Assembly (NCBI GenBank): GCA_964016885.1
Contig: OZ024741.1
Location: 79,298,001-79,362,000 of the forward strand
DNA from: Eledone cirrhosa
Lineage: Eukaryota
Direction of reading: 5' to 3'
DNA length: 64,000 bases
Below, piece after piece: positions 13,917 to 30,960 of the stretch. Below the pieces are notes generated by a model. The model made no database searches. It was not told the DNA's origin and worked only from the letters and a program-made list of their open reading frames with translations. The position numbers were made by a program, and so were the translations under genes. Position 1 is the first letter of the stretch. Each line of letters opens with the position of its first letter.

Positions 13917-14923
13917 TTTAGGAATAACCAAAGAGTGCTTAGAAATACATTGTTTTATTTGCTAACAGTGTTTCATCCATACCCTATGGCAGGAATCATC
14001 AGAGCTTATAAACAAAAATATCTCAAAGGTTGCAGGCTCCATCGAGCTCAGTCACCAGAACAAGGATAAAGGACAAGTAGGGGGCTAGCACTATATAGAA
14101 AAACACACAATACATGATGCATATAATGTCATAAAAAATTACATCAAAAGTTTATCACATAAATGGTGCAATAGATCATAAGGAGGTTGAGAGAGGATAG
14201 CAAGAAATGAGTGAGGGTGTTACTCAGCATGATAAAAAAAAAAAAAAAAAAAAAACATTTAAGATTTAAGGTGTTTATTGCAGACTGCCTATGTGGAGAA
14301 ATCCTCTGGGTATATGTTTTGAAAACAGTATTATATCGCCTAACGCTTGGAACTGGAACCAATGGATGGAGGGTGTTGGTATGATATGGAGAAATCGACC
14401 TGTTACAAGGCGATATAACTGGAGTGCACCATCCTTCCTATAGGCAATCCTACATGTAAAGCTGCACCACAGCTAACCAACTTTTCTTTTCACTGACTCA
14501 TGCTTGCAAACTTTCATGCTCTGCCTGTGCATCCTGTATTTGTACTGCTTATGAATTGATGTGTCTATGCTTTGTTTTGTTTTTTGTTGTTTTTTATCAT
14601 GCTGAGTAACACCCTCACTCATTTCTTGCTATCCTCTCTCAACCTCCTTATGATATATTGCACCATTTATGTGATAAACTTTTGACGTAATTTTTTATGA
14701 CATTATATGCGTCATGTATTGTGTGTTTTTCTATACAGCGCTGGCCTGGGACACCCCTACTTGTCCTTTATCCTTGTTCTGATGACTGAGCTCGATGGAG
14801 CCTGCAACCTTTGATATATTTTTGTTTCTAAGCTCTGATTCCTGCCATAGGGTATGGATGAAACACTGTTAGCAAATAAAACAATGTATTTCTAAGCACT
14901 CTTTGGTTAATCCTAAACTTATA
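13912..14923. mobile_element. Fold-back element with ~340-bp inverted arms containing a hammerhead
   Basis: 13912-14251 mirrors ~14580-14923; left arm abuts (TA)n. Confidence 0.85.
13961..14005 (-). ncRNA. Type I hammerhead ribozyme (mirror at 14831-14873 has a 3-nt core deletion)
   Basis: gct CTGATGA t-tcc...gga-t GAAAC ACT GTT agc. Confidence 0.75.
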
Positions 14924-15028
14924 ACGGCTCTGTAGTATACTAGTTATCCTACATTGAGCTAAAACCCCACTGTCATACCAAGGGCAATATGTCTGCGGGT
15001 CTGTGCACATTACTATACTTGTCAACAA

Positions 15029-15126
<98 letters not shown>

Positions 15127-15356
15127 TAAATCATGTCCTTAGAATTATTAGATAAAATATATACCATTTCCTCTCCCAATTAGCAAGAAATTTCCGACAA
15201 ATAACCGAAAGCGGCCTCTTCGCGGTGGCCCCAATAGAGTATTTATCCAACATTTCGACAGCTCCGATTATTTAATTTATTAATTCTTCATAGAGCTACA
15301 ACGTGACCGGTTGCAACATATATATCTATGACTTTATGTTTATGTATATGTAAACC

Positions 15357-19253
<3,897 letters not shown>

Positions 19254-19924
19254 ACGCCAGAAGGTACTGTACTATGCATCGACTGTAGTTGTCTATAGAC
19301 GGTTAGAACGTTAGAAGATCACCCTCTCTCACTCCATCACTATACTATTAAAACTGACGTGGCAGCGTGCCAAAGAAAACCGATAAGAACGCCAGTCAGT
19401 CAGAAAGACAATCAGCCAGCCATTCTAGTCAGAGGCGCCTAAAACTGGAGAGAACCGGTTTCATCTGCCTAACATTTCTTTTCTTTATTCACTTGTTATA
19501 TTTTATTCATTTTCTCATTATTTTTTTACTTTCTACGTTAATGATATGTTGTTTTCTTTCTGTTCGTTTTATTATGGTTTTATTTATTTTCATTATTTTT
19601 TTACTTGTCTCTTTTTTTCTGTTTCTGTTTATTGGTTTGTATTTTAATTTTTTTTTTTCTCGTGGAAAAATATGTGACTGCTGCACACGTGATGGAAATT
19701 TCCATTCGCTTTTCAGTGCCTGGCTGTATGTATGTGAATGTATGAATTTACCTCTCTCTCCCTCGTACTCTTCTCTCTCATTCACACTCACTATTTCTCA
19801 CCTCCCACCCCGCCTCTCACAATATATATATATAGAGGGGGGTGGGGAGAAAAATAAAGAAAACGTGTGCGTGAGAGAGAAAGAGAGAGAGAGAGGGGGG
19901 AGAGAGAGAGAGAATGGAATGCTT

Positions 19925-20020
19925 TGTGGTATTCGATCCAGCTCTCTACACACCGTGTTCAAATCCTCCCGAGATCTTTGCTTTTCATCCTTTCCAGGTC
20001 GATAAATTATGTACCAGTTC
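19925..20020 (+). mobile_element. Older, diverged SINE copy
   Basis: GTGTTCAAATCC...CTTTGCTTTTCATCCTTTCCAGGTCGATAAATTATGTACCAGT. Confidence 0.6.
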
Positions 20021-20189
20021 TCTCGTTCCCTGTGGAAGCAATTCACTGTAGAGAGGTGCCCAAGAAACGCTTTATGTCACTACTGCGTCCCTACGATTCC
20101 AACAGAAGTTTCGGGCTTAGTGATATATATATATCATCACCATTTTCGTCCGTATTCCCATGCCTTCATGTGTTAGATGGATCTTTTTC

Positions 20190-20295
20190 AGCACTGCATC
20201 ACTCTACTCACCTCATCCCTTCAACCACTATTAGATTAAGCGATTTGAGAGCATCTCAGCACCTCCTCCAAGGTCTTCCCTGGTTTCACCTCATG
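20190..20295 (-). mobile_element. Possible RTE-type LINE 3' remnant
   Basis: Minus translation KPGKTLEEVLR resembles the RTE ORF C-terminal RPRKTWxEVV motif. Confidence 0.35.
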
Positions 20296-20860
20296 TGATC
20301 CAATCTGCATACTGAGGTGTTGGTATACAACCAACATATACCAAAAAGAAAAAAGAAAAAAAAAAAAAATATATATATATATATACATACATATAATTAA
20401 AAACACGTGGGGCATGTAAAGGAAACAGAAAACTCGGAAAAGACAAGCACATGTACAGTTCCCGTTCGTCGGCTGTCTTCTGAGAATCATTTTAGTTTCG
20501 GATAATTCGAAAGATAGGACTATTCCTCCAAATGTATCTGAAAGACGTTATCTATTCATGATGAAAACAAAACGAGTGATGAACAAGAAAAGAAGATGAA
20601 ATATCTACATACCGATATAGGAGAGGAAAATTGCTACAATTCAAAGCAACACAGAAACGTGGGCAAATAACTGTAAGAAGAATAAAGAAATTAATACAAG
20701 TTAGTTCGAGAAATTGCCCTGTAACTAATATTAATAGACAAGAAGAGATGTAGCAGAATGAACTGACCTAGTCAGAGGTCAAATTTCAAAGGGATGAGAC
20801 AGAGGCTTGATGGGAAGTTGGTAGGGCAGTATTGAGATAAAAGAGAGAGGGGAAATACAT

Positions 20861-20962
<102 letters not shown>

Positions 20963-21210
20963 GTATGTGTGCGTGCGTATGTGTGCGAGTATGTATGTAT
21001 GCATGTATGAGTGTATGTGTGTATATCCCTGAGTGTACATATATGTATATGGGATTTTCTTGTAGAGGTTTATTCTCACATTGGACACATAGACTGTGAT
21101 ACCACGTATGTTCTATTAGATAGCTTGCAGCTACATTAATTGAACGCAGATCGTGTCAAATTGAGTTTAAATATACGTATGTATGCATATGTGTGTAGAT
21201 ATATATATAT

Positions 21211-21650
21211 AACTAGCAGAGGTACCCGGCGTTGCTCGGGTATTAAATACCAGTTATGTATACCATTTATGTCAATACTTCAGTGCTGCTTGGAAAACTA
21301 TACTTTTACAAAATCATCGGCTTTTTCCAAAAGGTGGTTCCTGCCCCCAGGGGTCCCCTACTCAATATGTGCCAATTCTGGGAGTTCACATTCATCTGTA
21401 GAACAAACGTAGCCCATGTGACAAGTTTTGTGAAAATCGGTTGCGAACTCCAGAAGTTATGACGTTTTGTTGCATTGCACTGCAGTGCTTCAGTCGACTC
21501 CAAGGAAGTGGTTAAAGGGGCTTATCTGCCAGGAGGCCCTATAATCAATATCTGGAAAAATAAAAGTACCCATGACCATCCGGAGTACATAAGTAACCTA
21601 TGTCTTAAGTTTGGTGAAAATACTGTAGAAATGCATAAGGTTTACACATA
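21211..21650 (+). mobile_element. Helentron/Helitron-like non-autonomous element
   Basis: 5' AACTAGCAGAGGTACCCGGCGTTGCTCGGG hairpin; internal AAGTTT(T/G)GTGAAAAT motifs; same layout as 42691-43696. Confidence 0.5.
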
Positions 21651-21791
21651 CACGCGCGCGCGCGTGTGTGTGCGTGTGTATTTGTGTGTGCGTATGTATA
21701 TGTATGTGTATGTCCGTCGGCGCATACATATGTACTGGCCTAAATCTTCACCATTAACTTTTACTATTTTAAGGCAAAGTTAAAATCCAGT

Positions 21792-21892
21792 CGAGGTTAA
21801 CTTTGCCTTTCATCCTTACGGGGTCGATAAAATAAAGTACCAGTAATGTACTGGGTAATTGCTGGCCTTGTGCCAAAAGTAGAAACAACTAT
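21792..21892 (+). mobile_element. tRNA-type SINE, 3' half
   Basis: CGAGGTTAACTTTGCCTTTCATCCTTACGGGGTCGATAAAATAAAGTACCAGT...AGTAGAAACAA. Confidence 0.8.
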
Positions 21893-22281
21893 TTTAATAA
21901 CCTCTGTCATTTTCGTTTACAATTTTATTTACATCATTCTTAAACTCCGGGGCTGGAAATCATTCGGTTATTTAAAATAGAATATTAGTCTAACGACTCC
22001 ATTTACACCATAAACTTGGTCTCGTCTTTGCATGAAATTGTTCTTCTCGGTCCACATAACGACGTATTATCCTCGCTTTTTTTCCGTTCATTACCAGGGA
22101 ACGTCTTCACGAACCAAAATATCGTCTTCCTATTTTCCTTCGGTTGCAACGTTTCTCGAAATATTTAATTCTGCGTTCACAGATTGAATTAATTAGTTTA
22201 AGAAGATCCCGTTAATGTTGAAAGCAGCGATTCTTTGCTTAAACTTTCTTTCTTTCTCAAGCCCTCTCCCTTTTTTCTCAT

Positions 22282-22333
<52 letters not shown>

Positions 22334-22391
22334 CCTCACTCATACCCCCTCTCTTCCTCTACAGAATGAAGAACAATAAAGAACGCGCAGA

Positions 22392-22422
<31 letters not shown>

Positions 22423-23388
22423 TTATATATATATATGTGTTTGTGTGTGTGTGTGTGTGTGAACCAGCGTTCGTCGCCATTCTCTCTCTCTCTCTCTGTC
22501 TCTCTATCTGATTATCTTGTACCTCTCTCTGTATAACAACCTATCTCACTCTCTCTCTCTCTACATCTCCCTTCCTCTCTTTAGATGCATATGTATATGT
22601 GTGTGTGTGATATATATATAGAGAGAGAGAGTTGCAACATGTATGTAGTTTCATAGATTTTTTAGGGTAGTGAGAATGAAAATATAAACAGAGCATATAA
22701 ATAAATTTACAGTAGAATAACATAACAAATATATTTTAAATATATACATAAATAACATTACAAATGCCTCGGTAACACTACAAAGGATGATACAATGAAA
22801 GATATATTCCTTCAATGCTACAATATTAAAGAAAATGCAAAGGAAGGGGTGAATAACGGAGCCAACACCAGAGCAAAAGACAGCAACGTCGCGAGTACTG
22901 AGCAAGCTCTCTAATTTTGAGACAAACCAGCACACTCGCAGCGTTGCCTCGGGTGATGGCGAGGCTGATGCGCTGAAATATTGTTTTAAAAGACTTTTTA
23001 ATGGAAATGAAGCAAAATGGAGGCTTAATGTTGAAACTTGGAACTCATGAATTTGCAGGTTAAAATTTTGCTGGCCCGAAAACTTCGCGTATTTTTGTAC
23101 GCGTAGTTTGTTCGTAACGTAAATAGATAAACAAATGACGCCATAAAAGGGAAATAACTCGTCCCTCATCTCTATTTATACATTTGAACTGAAAAATCAA
23201 TACATTACAAATTCGATTTTTGCACTTGGCGTGGGTCGATTTGAAAAATGTTTTGACCGATGTCTCCGCCGGACCTTCATCTATAATTGTAGCAATTTCA
23301 CCGAAATTTGAACGTACGGTTTAAGAGGAGATGTGTGCCGACCGTTTTAGTAGACAGATAGACAACCTCAGTTTTATATATATAGATA

Positions 23389-23574
23389 ATAATTGTTTTT
23401 ACTTTGGGCACAAGGCCAGAAAATACCCAGTGCATTACTGGTACTTTATTTTATCGATCCCGTAAGGATGAAAGGCAAAGTTAACCTCGCCGGGATTTGA
23501 ACTCAGAATGGCAAGGGCCGTAACTCTATGTGTCAAAGCATGGCGTCCGACTCTCTACCGATACTGCCAATCCA
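23389..23574 (-). mobile_element. tRNA-type SINE, full length
   Basis: Same family, with A and B boxes on the minus strand. Confidence 0.85.
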
Positions 23575-23739
23575 ATGACCTATATATATAATAATAATAT
23601 TATTATTTGTACTTATATATAAACTATATCTAATTATAAACAGGAAAGTTCAGTATTTTTTATTTTTTACCACCTTATTACCAGTATGAAAAATAGCTCA
23701 ATGTAAATACATCAGATGTCTTACAGAGCAGGAATATAA

Positions 23740-26700
23740 AGTACAGAACAATCAAAACTATGTTTAATACATTTTATTGCTGACAATCGTTTCTTCCAAA
23801 CAGCCGTTTGGATCATCGGAGCATTGGCAAAGCTTAAGCATATAATTAAATTCCTATTCTACAGAACAATCATAAGATATGTTGATATTATTGTTGCTAT
23901 CAATAGTGTCATATTCAAAGAGAGTGAAGATGTTGTGGTCAGTAGCAATGGGTATAATAAAGATTATAAAAGAATTATAAAAGTTACTCGCAAAGGAGGA
24001 CATTAGTGGTACATAGGCATATAGACAATAAGAACGCAGAGGTATTAAGTATAATCAGAATAATATAATATGGTAAAGAAAGCAAAGGTATTAAGCATAT
24101 ATAGCATAATATGGCAAAGATATCACAAAAATATAGGTGTAATAGGATATTAAGCAGTCAGGAATACATGGGTAGGATATAATGTGAAAATTGTGAAGCA
24201 ACTTGTGTTTCATTGATGCATGCGTTGAGAGTGGATCAGATAAATAATTAAGTGACAAGCTGTTGTGTAGTACAAAAAATGTTATATGGTATTAAGATAT
24301 GTATATGTAGCGAGATAATTATATTTAAAACAGTTTCTATGTGAGTTTATGGTGGATGTAATGGGATAAATGTTCTGGTAATGTTTAAATGTAAATGTGT
24401 TGTGAGTATTAATATTTCATTGGTTATATTTAAGAAATGAGTTTAAATAATATTTAAATAGATACAATTATGGATTGTATGTTGCCCTTATTATAATCCG
24501 ATTAAGGGTTAGAGTTGTTCTGGAGTGATCTCTTTTTAGTGAGATGTTAATTTTTCGAGTTGGTGTGGTTATGTCTAACGGTTTAAATTCAAGAAAGTGA
24601 TTGGAGATCTTCACTGAAGGGAGATAATAGGAAAGGGGAGGTAATTGAAGATTTATTTATGTATAACAGAAAAATATATAACCTGGTGTTAGTTGTTTAT
24701 ATATCCTATTAATTAAATTCTATGTATTAATATACATTATATTATATTATAAGTGAATCCTTATATAATGCTATTTATTTTTATATTTATTTTATATATA
24801 ATCTGTTTATTATATAATATTTAAAGGTCTCAATTGTCCACTACCTACCTATATATTAATTAAATGAATGAAATATTAGCAAGGAAGATATTATAGTTAT
24901 ATTAAGTGGTGGTAAATGTATGTTTATTCTCTATAGTTATTATTTAGTATAGGATCTGAGATAAATAGGAGATAAATGAAGGAATGAGCTGATACAAAAA
25001 TGTGATGTTGTGGGGGTATTTTATGTTGATAAAACCTAGAGGTAAAGTGTTAATGGTGGTGAGAAATCTAGATCTGACATTGTTATATATTAGCATCTAG
25101 GTTTAAAATTGTGGAAAGAGTGTCGGTGGTAGTGATTTTCTTTCGGATTTTCTATTTAAAAGGTTTAGTTTAGAATAGATTATAGTGCGAGTCTCTAAAA
25201 GACAGAAGTTACAAAATTTATTCGGTGGTTTATAAGAAGTGGCCCCAATCTATTACTTCCCATTGTAGTGTATGTGGTCTATTCCTAGTTTTCAAAGAGT
25301 GTATGTAGGTAGATAAAGAAGTGGAGTTAGCTAGATTATGATTTTTGAAAGTGTGAAGATGCGAGTTATATCTTGTCTTGAAGCAAATCGAGGTAGAACC
25401 AATATGTTTTCGAAGTGTTATTTATATTGACTGTACAGGAGTAAATGATGTCCTTGATTAAGCAGTTTTTTTTCCCAGGGGCAAGTTCTATTTGTTCTAC
25501 AATTACAGTTATTTTGGTTGTTTACTTGCTGGTTAATAGGGTGTGTAGGTGCATGGTTGTAAGGAAGAGTGTTATGATAATGATGATTATAATTCCTATT
25601 GCTATTAATTTCTTTAGTGCTATTACTATTATTATTATTGCTACTAGAATTCTCCGGTACGATGTTGTTATGTAAGTTCACCCCATGTTGCGATTTAATC
25701 ATTTGGAAATAATTATTAATCTTCCTTTTATTACTACTAGCTATATGGTTCGCAATGTTAGGTATGGTAGAGTAAGAGATTTTAATAGTATTTTTATTGA
25801 TAAGATTATGGTATCTATGGCCGATTGGGAATTTTTTGTCTAAAATTGAGAAGAAAGCCTTAGGCAAGTTGGTGGAAACGTTTAAATTGAAAGGGGGATT
25901 GAAAAATGTATTGGTTCTTCTTCTAATTTTGTGATTATTTTTTGTAATGTTAGTTGTAGTATTGTTTATATGTCTATTTTATTATTATTATCAGGATGTT
26001 TGTTTTGGTGCGAGTTAACTTTGTTATTACCCTTTATACTAGAGTTAGAGTGGTCAGTACTTTTATTACTTCTAATTTTATTCATGGCCATATTGTGTGA
26101 AATAATGTTACAACTAGATGATTTTTTAGGTAAAAATTTAATTTTATCTTTATGGCCTGAGCGAGCTAAAGCTTCATTATAGTATTGGGAATTTCCGTTA
26201 AATATGGTTTCATTATAAGATAGAGTGGTTATTCTATTAGATACTCCTTTAGTAATCGAGTTTAATATAGATTTAGGGTGGTTAGAGTTGGTATCAACAT
26301 AAAGTAGTTTTTCATTTGGTTTATGAAAGGGTGTATATATTTTAGAGTCCAGGCAAAGGGTAGCATCAAGGAAGTTAACGTTTTTAGTGTTTCTATCTAA
26401 GGTAATACTTAAGTTGAAGGACATTGGAAGGGCAAATTAGTCTTATTGTGGGGTTACTATTAAAGTCTTCCTTATGGTCTTTCAGAGGGAATCTAGGGGG
26501 GTTATGCGGTGTAAGGTTGTATAAGGTTGTTCTCTGAAGTCCTAATTTACATACTATACTATGGCCTTCAATATTTATATCGTCTAGGTTTCTAATAGTG
26601 GTTTTCTTATAGCTCTTATGCAGTTCTTTATATATAAATTTTCTGTAAGTTTCATAATCTAGGCTGTATATATTATTAGTTTTATCAGTTTTATAGAATT

Positions 26701-26900
26701 TTCTTATTTCTATTAAATCTTTTAATAGTGGAATTAAGGTTATTTAAGAAGGTGTTGTTTCTATTAAAATGTTTTCTTTACCTAATGTTCCTAACTAGTT
26801 TTATTAAATCATTTTCAAAAGAGTTTAATAAAGTGTTGTGAGGTGGGCTTTTAAAAGCCACATGAGTCGAAATTGTTTGCATCTTTGTTTTTATCAGTTC
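23740..26900 (-). mobile_element. Degenerate Penelope-like element (probably Hydra-type) with RT core deleted and long 3' UTR
   Basis: Minus frames give KTDKTNNIY, LKDHKEDFNSNPTIRLICPS, then directly NVNFLD...YVDTNSNHP, FNPPFNL, KISYS, CNCR...CP, and degenerate GIY-YIG near 25150-25450; HHR near the 3' end. Confidence 0.8.
23778..23823 (-). ncRNA. Type I hammerhead ribozyme, C4 variant core
   Basis: tgct CCGATGA tccaaac-ggct-gtttgga a GAAAC GATT GTC agca. Confidence 0.7.
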
Positions 26901-27127
26901 GGTTTCTATATATAATTTATGTTAGGCTCGTTACCAATGGGTGAACCGGTGGCTCGGGTTGGTAAACAATGATGCGACAAATTAATTAAAGCACTCAACG
27001 TTAAGCACATCATCCATCGTTGATGTAGTATCTAGTGGCTGGTGTAGGAATGGGGTAAATTATTCATTAAAACAACAATAGAAGGCCGGACTGGAAAATT
27101 TACTTTACAATTTTAATTCCGCGAAAG

Positions 27128-27198
27128 CACTATACACATTTCAATAGCCGAGCCATATCATCCGATTATGATACAAGACTAAGCGATTTCATCAGGTG
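27128..27198 (-). ncRNA. Probable type I hammerhead with long stem-loop II
   Basis: cac CTGATGA aat...att GAAAT GTGT ATA gtg. Confidence 0.55.
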
Positions 27199-28616
27199 TT
27201 ATTTGCAGAATTATGTAACAGGATTACGTTGAACCCATACAGGGAATAGAAGATAGAATAAATAGAAGATAGAAAACAGAAAATAGTGGACCGATTCGAT
27301 TCGGAGACAGACAATTTGGTGTTATATCGATGACAGACTCTCCCCGAATGACACTTGATGCCGGCTCTGTGGGCTGGTACGCGTGGTGGCGGAGGTGGGG
27401 GTTGCCAAGTGGCGACAGGGATACATCCGTCCAGAAAATGCCCTTCATTAACTGCACCCAGAGTTTCTCTGTCGCAGAGATCAAAGGGTATTACTCTATT
27501 AGACGCCGGTCCGACAAGTCAGTCTACCGTGACAGTATTTAAAGAGGAACAGAGCTATGTAAAATTTTAAAATAGAAAAATAAATAATAAAAATAATATA
27601 AATAAATAGTGACAAGAAGAGAAGAATGGGGGTTTTAAATAGATATAAAATGATACAAAATATTATAAAGGTTGTAAGGCTGCAAAAATAAGGAGAATTA
27701 TAAGATTAAATAATTTTCAAAAACAATAAAGTTTACCAGAACTTACAAATATTATGTGCTAAATTTGTGTTAAATAAATTATAACCAAGGCAGTTGTTTT
27801 TTTAATTCTAATTGCCAGGATTCACGAAAGTACATTATTTGAAGAATATGGGGTTATTAAGCTATTTCATGCGTACATACGTGCTCTTGCATTGAGAGCT
27901 AAATTTTGTGTGGTTTATTTTCAACGGACCTAGTAGTCCAGCATACCATTGCGAAATCCATTGTAAATAGGTTATTACTGACCGGGTATATTCAAAAAGT
28001 GAAGAAAGGGGAAAATTGATTGATTAATTAATCAATTCCAAGCACTGTAGGTCCATAACCAAAGTTAGTCTGAACAGCGCGTTATTCAAAGGACCACATA
28101 TTGCCGGTCGATAGATTAACGCACCTCCCAAACGCTCACAATACCGACGAAAATGATATGATGATAAATACATAGGTAGCATATCTCACATATTCTTAGT
28201 TGCCTCCATGGCACTATAAATTATGAGAAAGAGGTTACATGTAGTCATACTTAGGTAGAAAATGTAAGTGTATAGTTGAAGTTAAAGTTAAATTAAGTTA
28301 AATTAAATTAAATCCACAGCAGAAAACTGCTGAATCGGGAAGAGAGCAGAAATACATTATTTATTTTTTATGTCCATACATGGAACAAAAGTGCAACCCA
28401 ATATATATATATGTATATATATATATATTAATAGTAATAATAATAAATGTGAAGACTAAAATCCAAAGAGCCCTCTTTGGATTTTAGATAGCCCTCTTTG
28501 GATTTTAGATAAGGATGAATATATATCAACTATATAAGAACCACAGAGAAAATATTTATTAAAATAATAGGGTGAAAGCAGCGATTCTTTGCTTAAACTT
28601 TAATCTATTATTTTAA

Positions 28617-29612
28617 TCCTGGCCTTTTAATTAAGAAAAGGCCTCGGGCGCACCCGATCGCTACAGATGTCTTGTAAGTAAGCGCCGAAACATCTGGATC
28701 ACGATTTTACAGCTGACGAAGGATTCTTTCTTCTTTTCTCATCTTGTTCCGTCCAAACCATCATCCTAAACCTTGTTTTTAGTAACCACACAACTCCTTT
28801 CGTTTCTTATCATTTTGTATTTAATGCTGTGACTCCCCTCTACCTGTTTTGTTCGATCTATGTTCCTACCACACTTTCGCATCGACTCTTCCTTTCTCTC
28901 TTCCCTTCTCCTCCCCCCTCTCGTTTTTTCTCTCTCTCTCACTCTCTCTATCCATCCGTTCGGCTTTGATTGTTGACATGTTTACACGTGTCGTAAAAAC
29001 TCCTCTGTTCGCAATCTTTTACGACACGTTTTACCACTGTCGTAAACCCCTTTTAGATTATCTCAGTTTCCCTTCTCCCTCTCACTTCCGGTTGCTCGTA
29101 TTCTCTCTCTCTCTCTCACTCTCTCTCTTCTACAAGAGAGTCAACACGCTAAATACCGTCTTCTGGTTAGCGCACCCTACCAGACTTATGTCTATCAGGT
29201 TTGCTATAACTTATTTATCCTATTTTTTCACGGTTACTCGCTTGTTTCTTTGTTCTGTATCTTCCCACGATGGGATGTGTTCACCTGTTTTTTTTTCTCC
29301 TTTTTTCCCATTTCTCTTTCTTCCTCTCCCCTCACCACCTTTTCCCCTTTGTTCTTCTTCCTCTTTTCCCTCTTTTTCCTTTCTTTTTCTCTCCTTTTTC
29401 GCTTCTTTTCCTCCTGGCCTTTTGATTAAGAAAAGGCCTCGGGCACACCCGATCGCTACAGTTGTCCTGTAAATAAGCGCCGAAACATTTGGATCGCGAT
29501 TTTACAGCTGACGAAGGATTCTTTGTTCTTTTCTCCTCTTGTTCCGTCCAAACCACCATCCTAAACCTTGTTTTTAGTAACCACACAGCTCCTTTCGTTT
29601 CTTATCATTTTA
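28617..29612 (+). mobile_element. ~1-kb non-coding element with ~200-bp direct terminal repeats, ending in (TA)n (retrozyme-like)
   Basis: 28617-28820 and 29412-29612 are direct repeats; pyrimidine-rich non-coding interior; repeats hold hairpins and hammerhead core modules. Confidence 0.75.
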
Positions 29613-29707
29613 TATATATATATATATATATATAGGTGTATGGTTGCAAGAAAAATTGTAACACTGAATCTTTGTTCCTTTATTCTTATAGTATATATAT
29701 ATATATA

Positions 29708-29783
<76 letters not shown>

Positions 29784-30150
29784 AAATAACGAAACGAAAT
29801 TAAATTTCGTTTCGTTTGTAACTCACTTTTGTATGACTGACGCTTAAACAATTAAGTTAAAAATGTACATCCACATATGTATACTGAAATACTAGTATGC
29901 ATATGAATACACACACGTATACATATGTAGATGTACCAAGTTTTTCACTGGTCACTTTACTGTGAGTGTCCAGCTATTCTGTATGTAAACACACAGACAA
30001 ACCGGTTTTTAGAGTCATACCGGTTTTTGAGGAAACACCTTTCCTCTATTCTTCAGAAAGCCAGACAAGGAATATTGAACTAGTTTCGTTGTTGTTACAA
30101 CTCATCAGCAATATTTACCTATCTTCCGACCTTTCTGGAGAATCGTAAAA

Positions 30151-30205
<55 letters not shown>

Positions 30206-30799
30206 AAAATGGAACGGGAACAAAACAGAGAGGCACTACGAACAAAGGTTTATTAGTTTCACGCTCTTGAGAGTGGGGTGGTGTTGGTGGGGAGCGAAAA
30301 GTGTGTGGGAAGAGAGTTCCAAGGGTGTGTAGGGGGGTGGGGGAGACATTTAGAAAAAAGGGGTGAGAGGAAACGGTACAAATGAAAATAAATATAAAAA
30401 CATAATAAAAATAAAAATAAACATGAAGATAAACAAGTGCTGGAAGGGTGTGGGGCGTGTAGAGGTGGTGGCGGGTGGTGGCGGGTGGAGTGGGGAGAGG
30501 GGGGAGAGGGAGGCGGGGTGTCCGAGCGGGGAGGGCTGAAGGTGGTGTGTGTATGAAGGTGTACGTGTGTGTGTGTGTGTATGTGAAGGTGTACGTGTGT
30601 GTGTGTGTGTGTGTATGTGAATGTGAGAGTTGGGGGAAGAACGGGGTTCCATGTTCAGGAAAAGGTGTGTAGGGTGGGGTGTAGGTCGGTGTGTGTGTAC
30701 GTGTGTGGATGGGGAGGAGTCAGGGGGGTGGGGAGTGGGATAGATGATTCCGGAGGCTGAGTGTGTAAATATGTGGTGGTACGCACGTGTGTGTGGTGT

Positions 30800-30960
30800 T
30801 TATACGTATTGTGGCGTGTGGGAAAAAACATTTTTGTGAGTGTATGTCCGTGGGTAAGTTCCTAAAGTAGTTCCGTAGAGGGTGTGGTGGGCTGCCGGAT
30901 ATTTTCCTTGTGATGGAGTTGATTCGTGGGAGCGATGTCCAATGTGTGTAATCCGTGGTT
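30800..30960 (-). pseudogene. Possible non-LTR retrotransposon ORF2 C-terminus (L2/Rex1-like) inside a GT-rich block at 30200-31920
   Basis: A minus frame reads ITRKISGSPPHPLRNYFRNLPT...KCFFPHATIRIN, like the IxxDxSHPLxxLFxxLPS...SFxPxAIRxLN signature. Confidence 0.4.

Noticed and set aside
19367-20005. 212-aa hydrophobic ORF as a membrane protein
   Set aside because: Arises from T-rich low-complexity DNA and runs through microsatellite and SINE sequence
28849-29472. 207-aa ORF inside the direct-repeat element
   Set aside because: F/S/L/P-rich product of pyrimidine tracts, non-ATG start, no domain motifs
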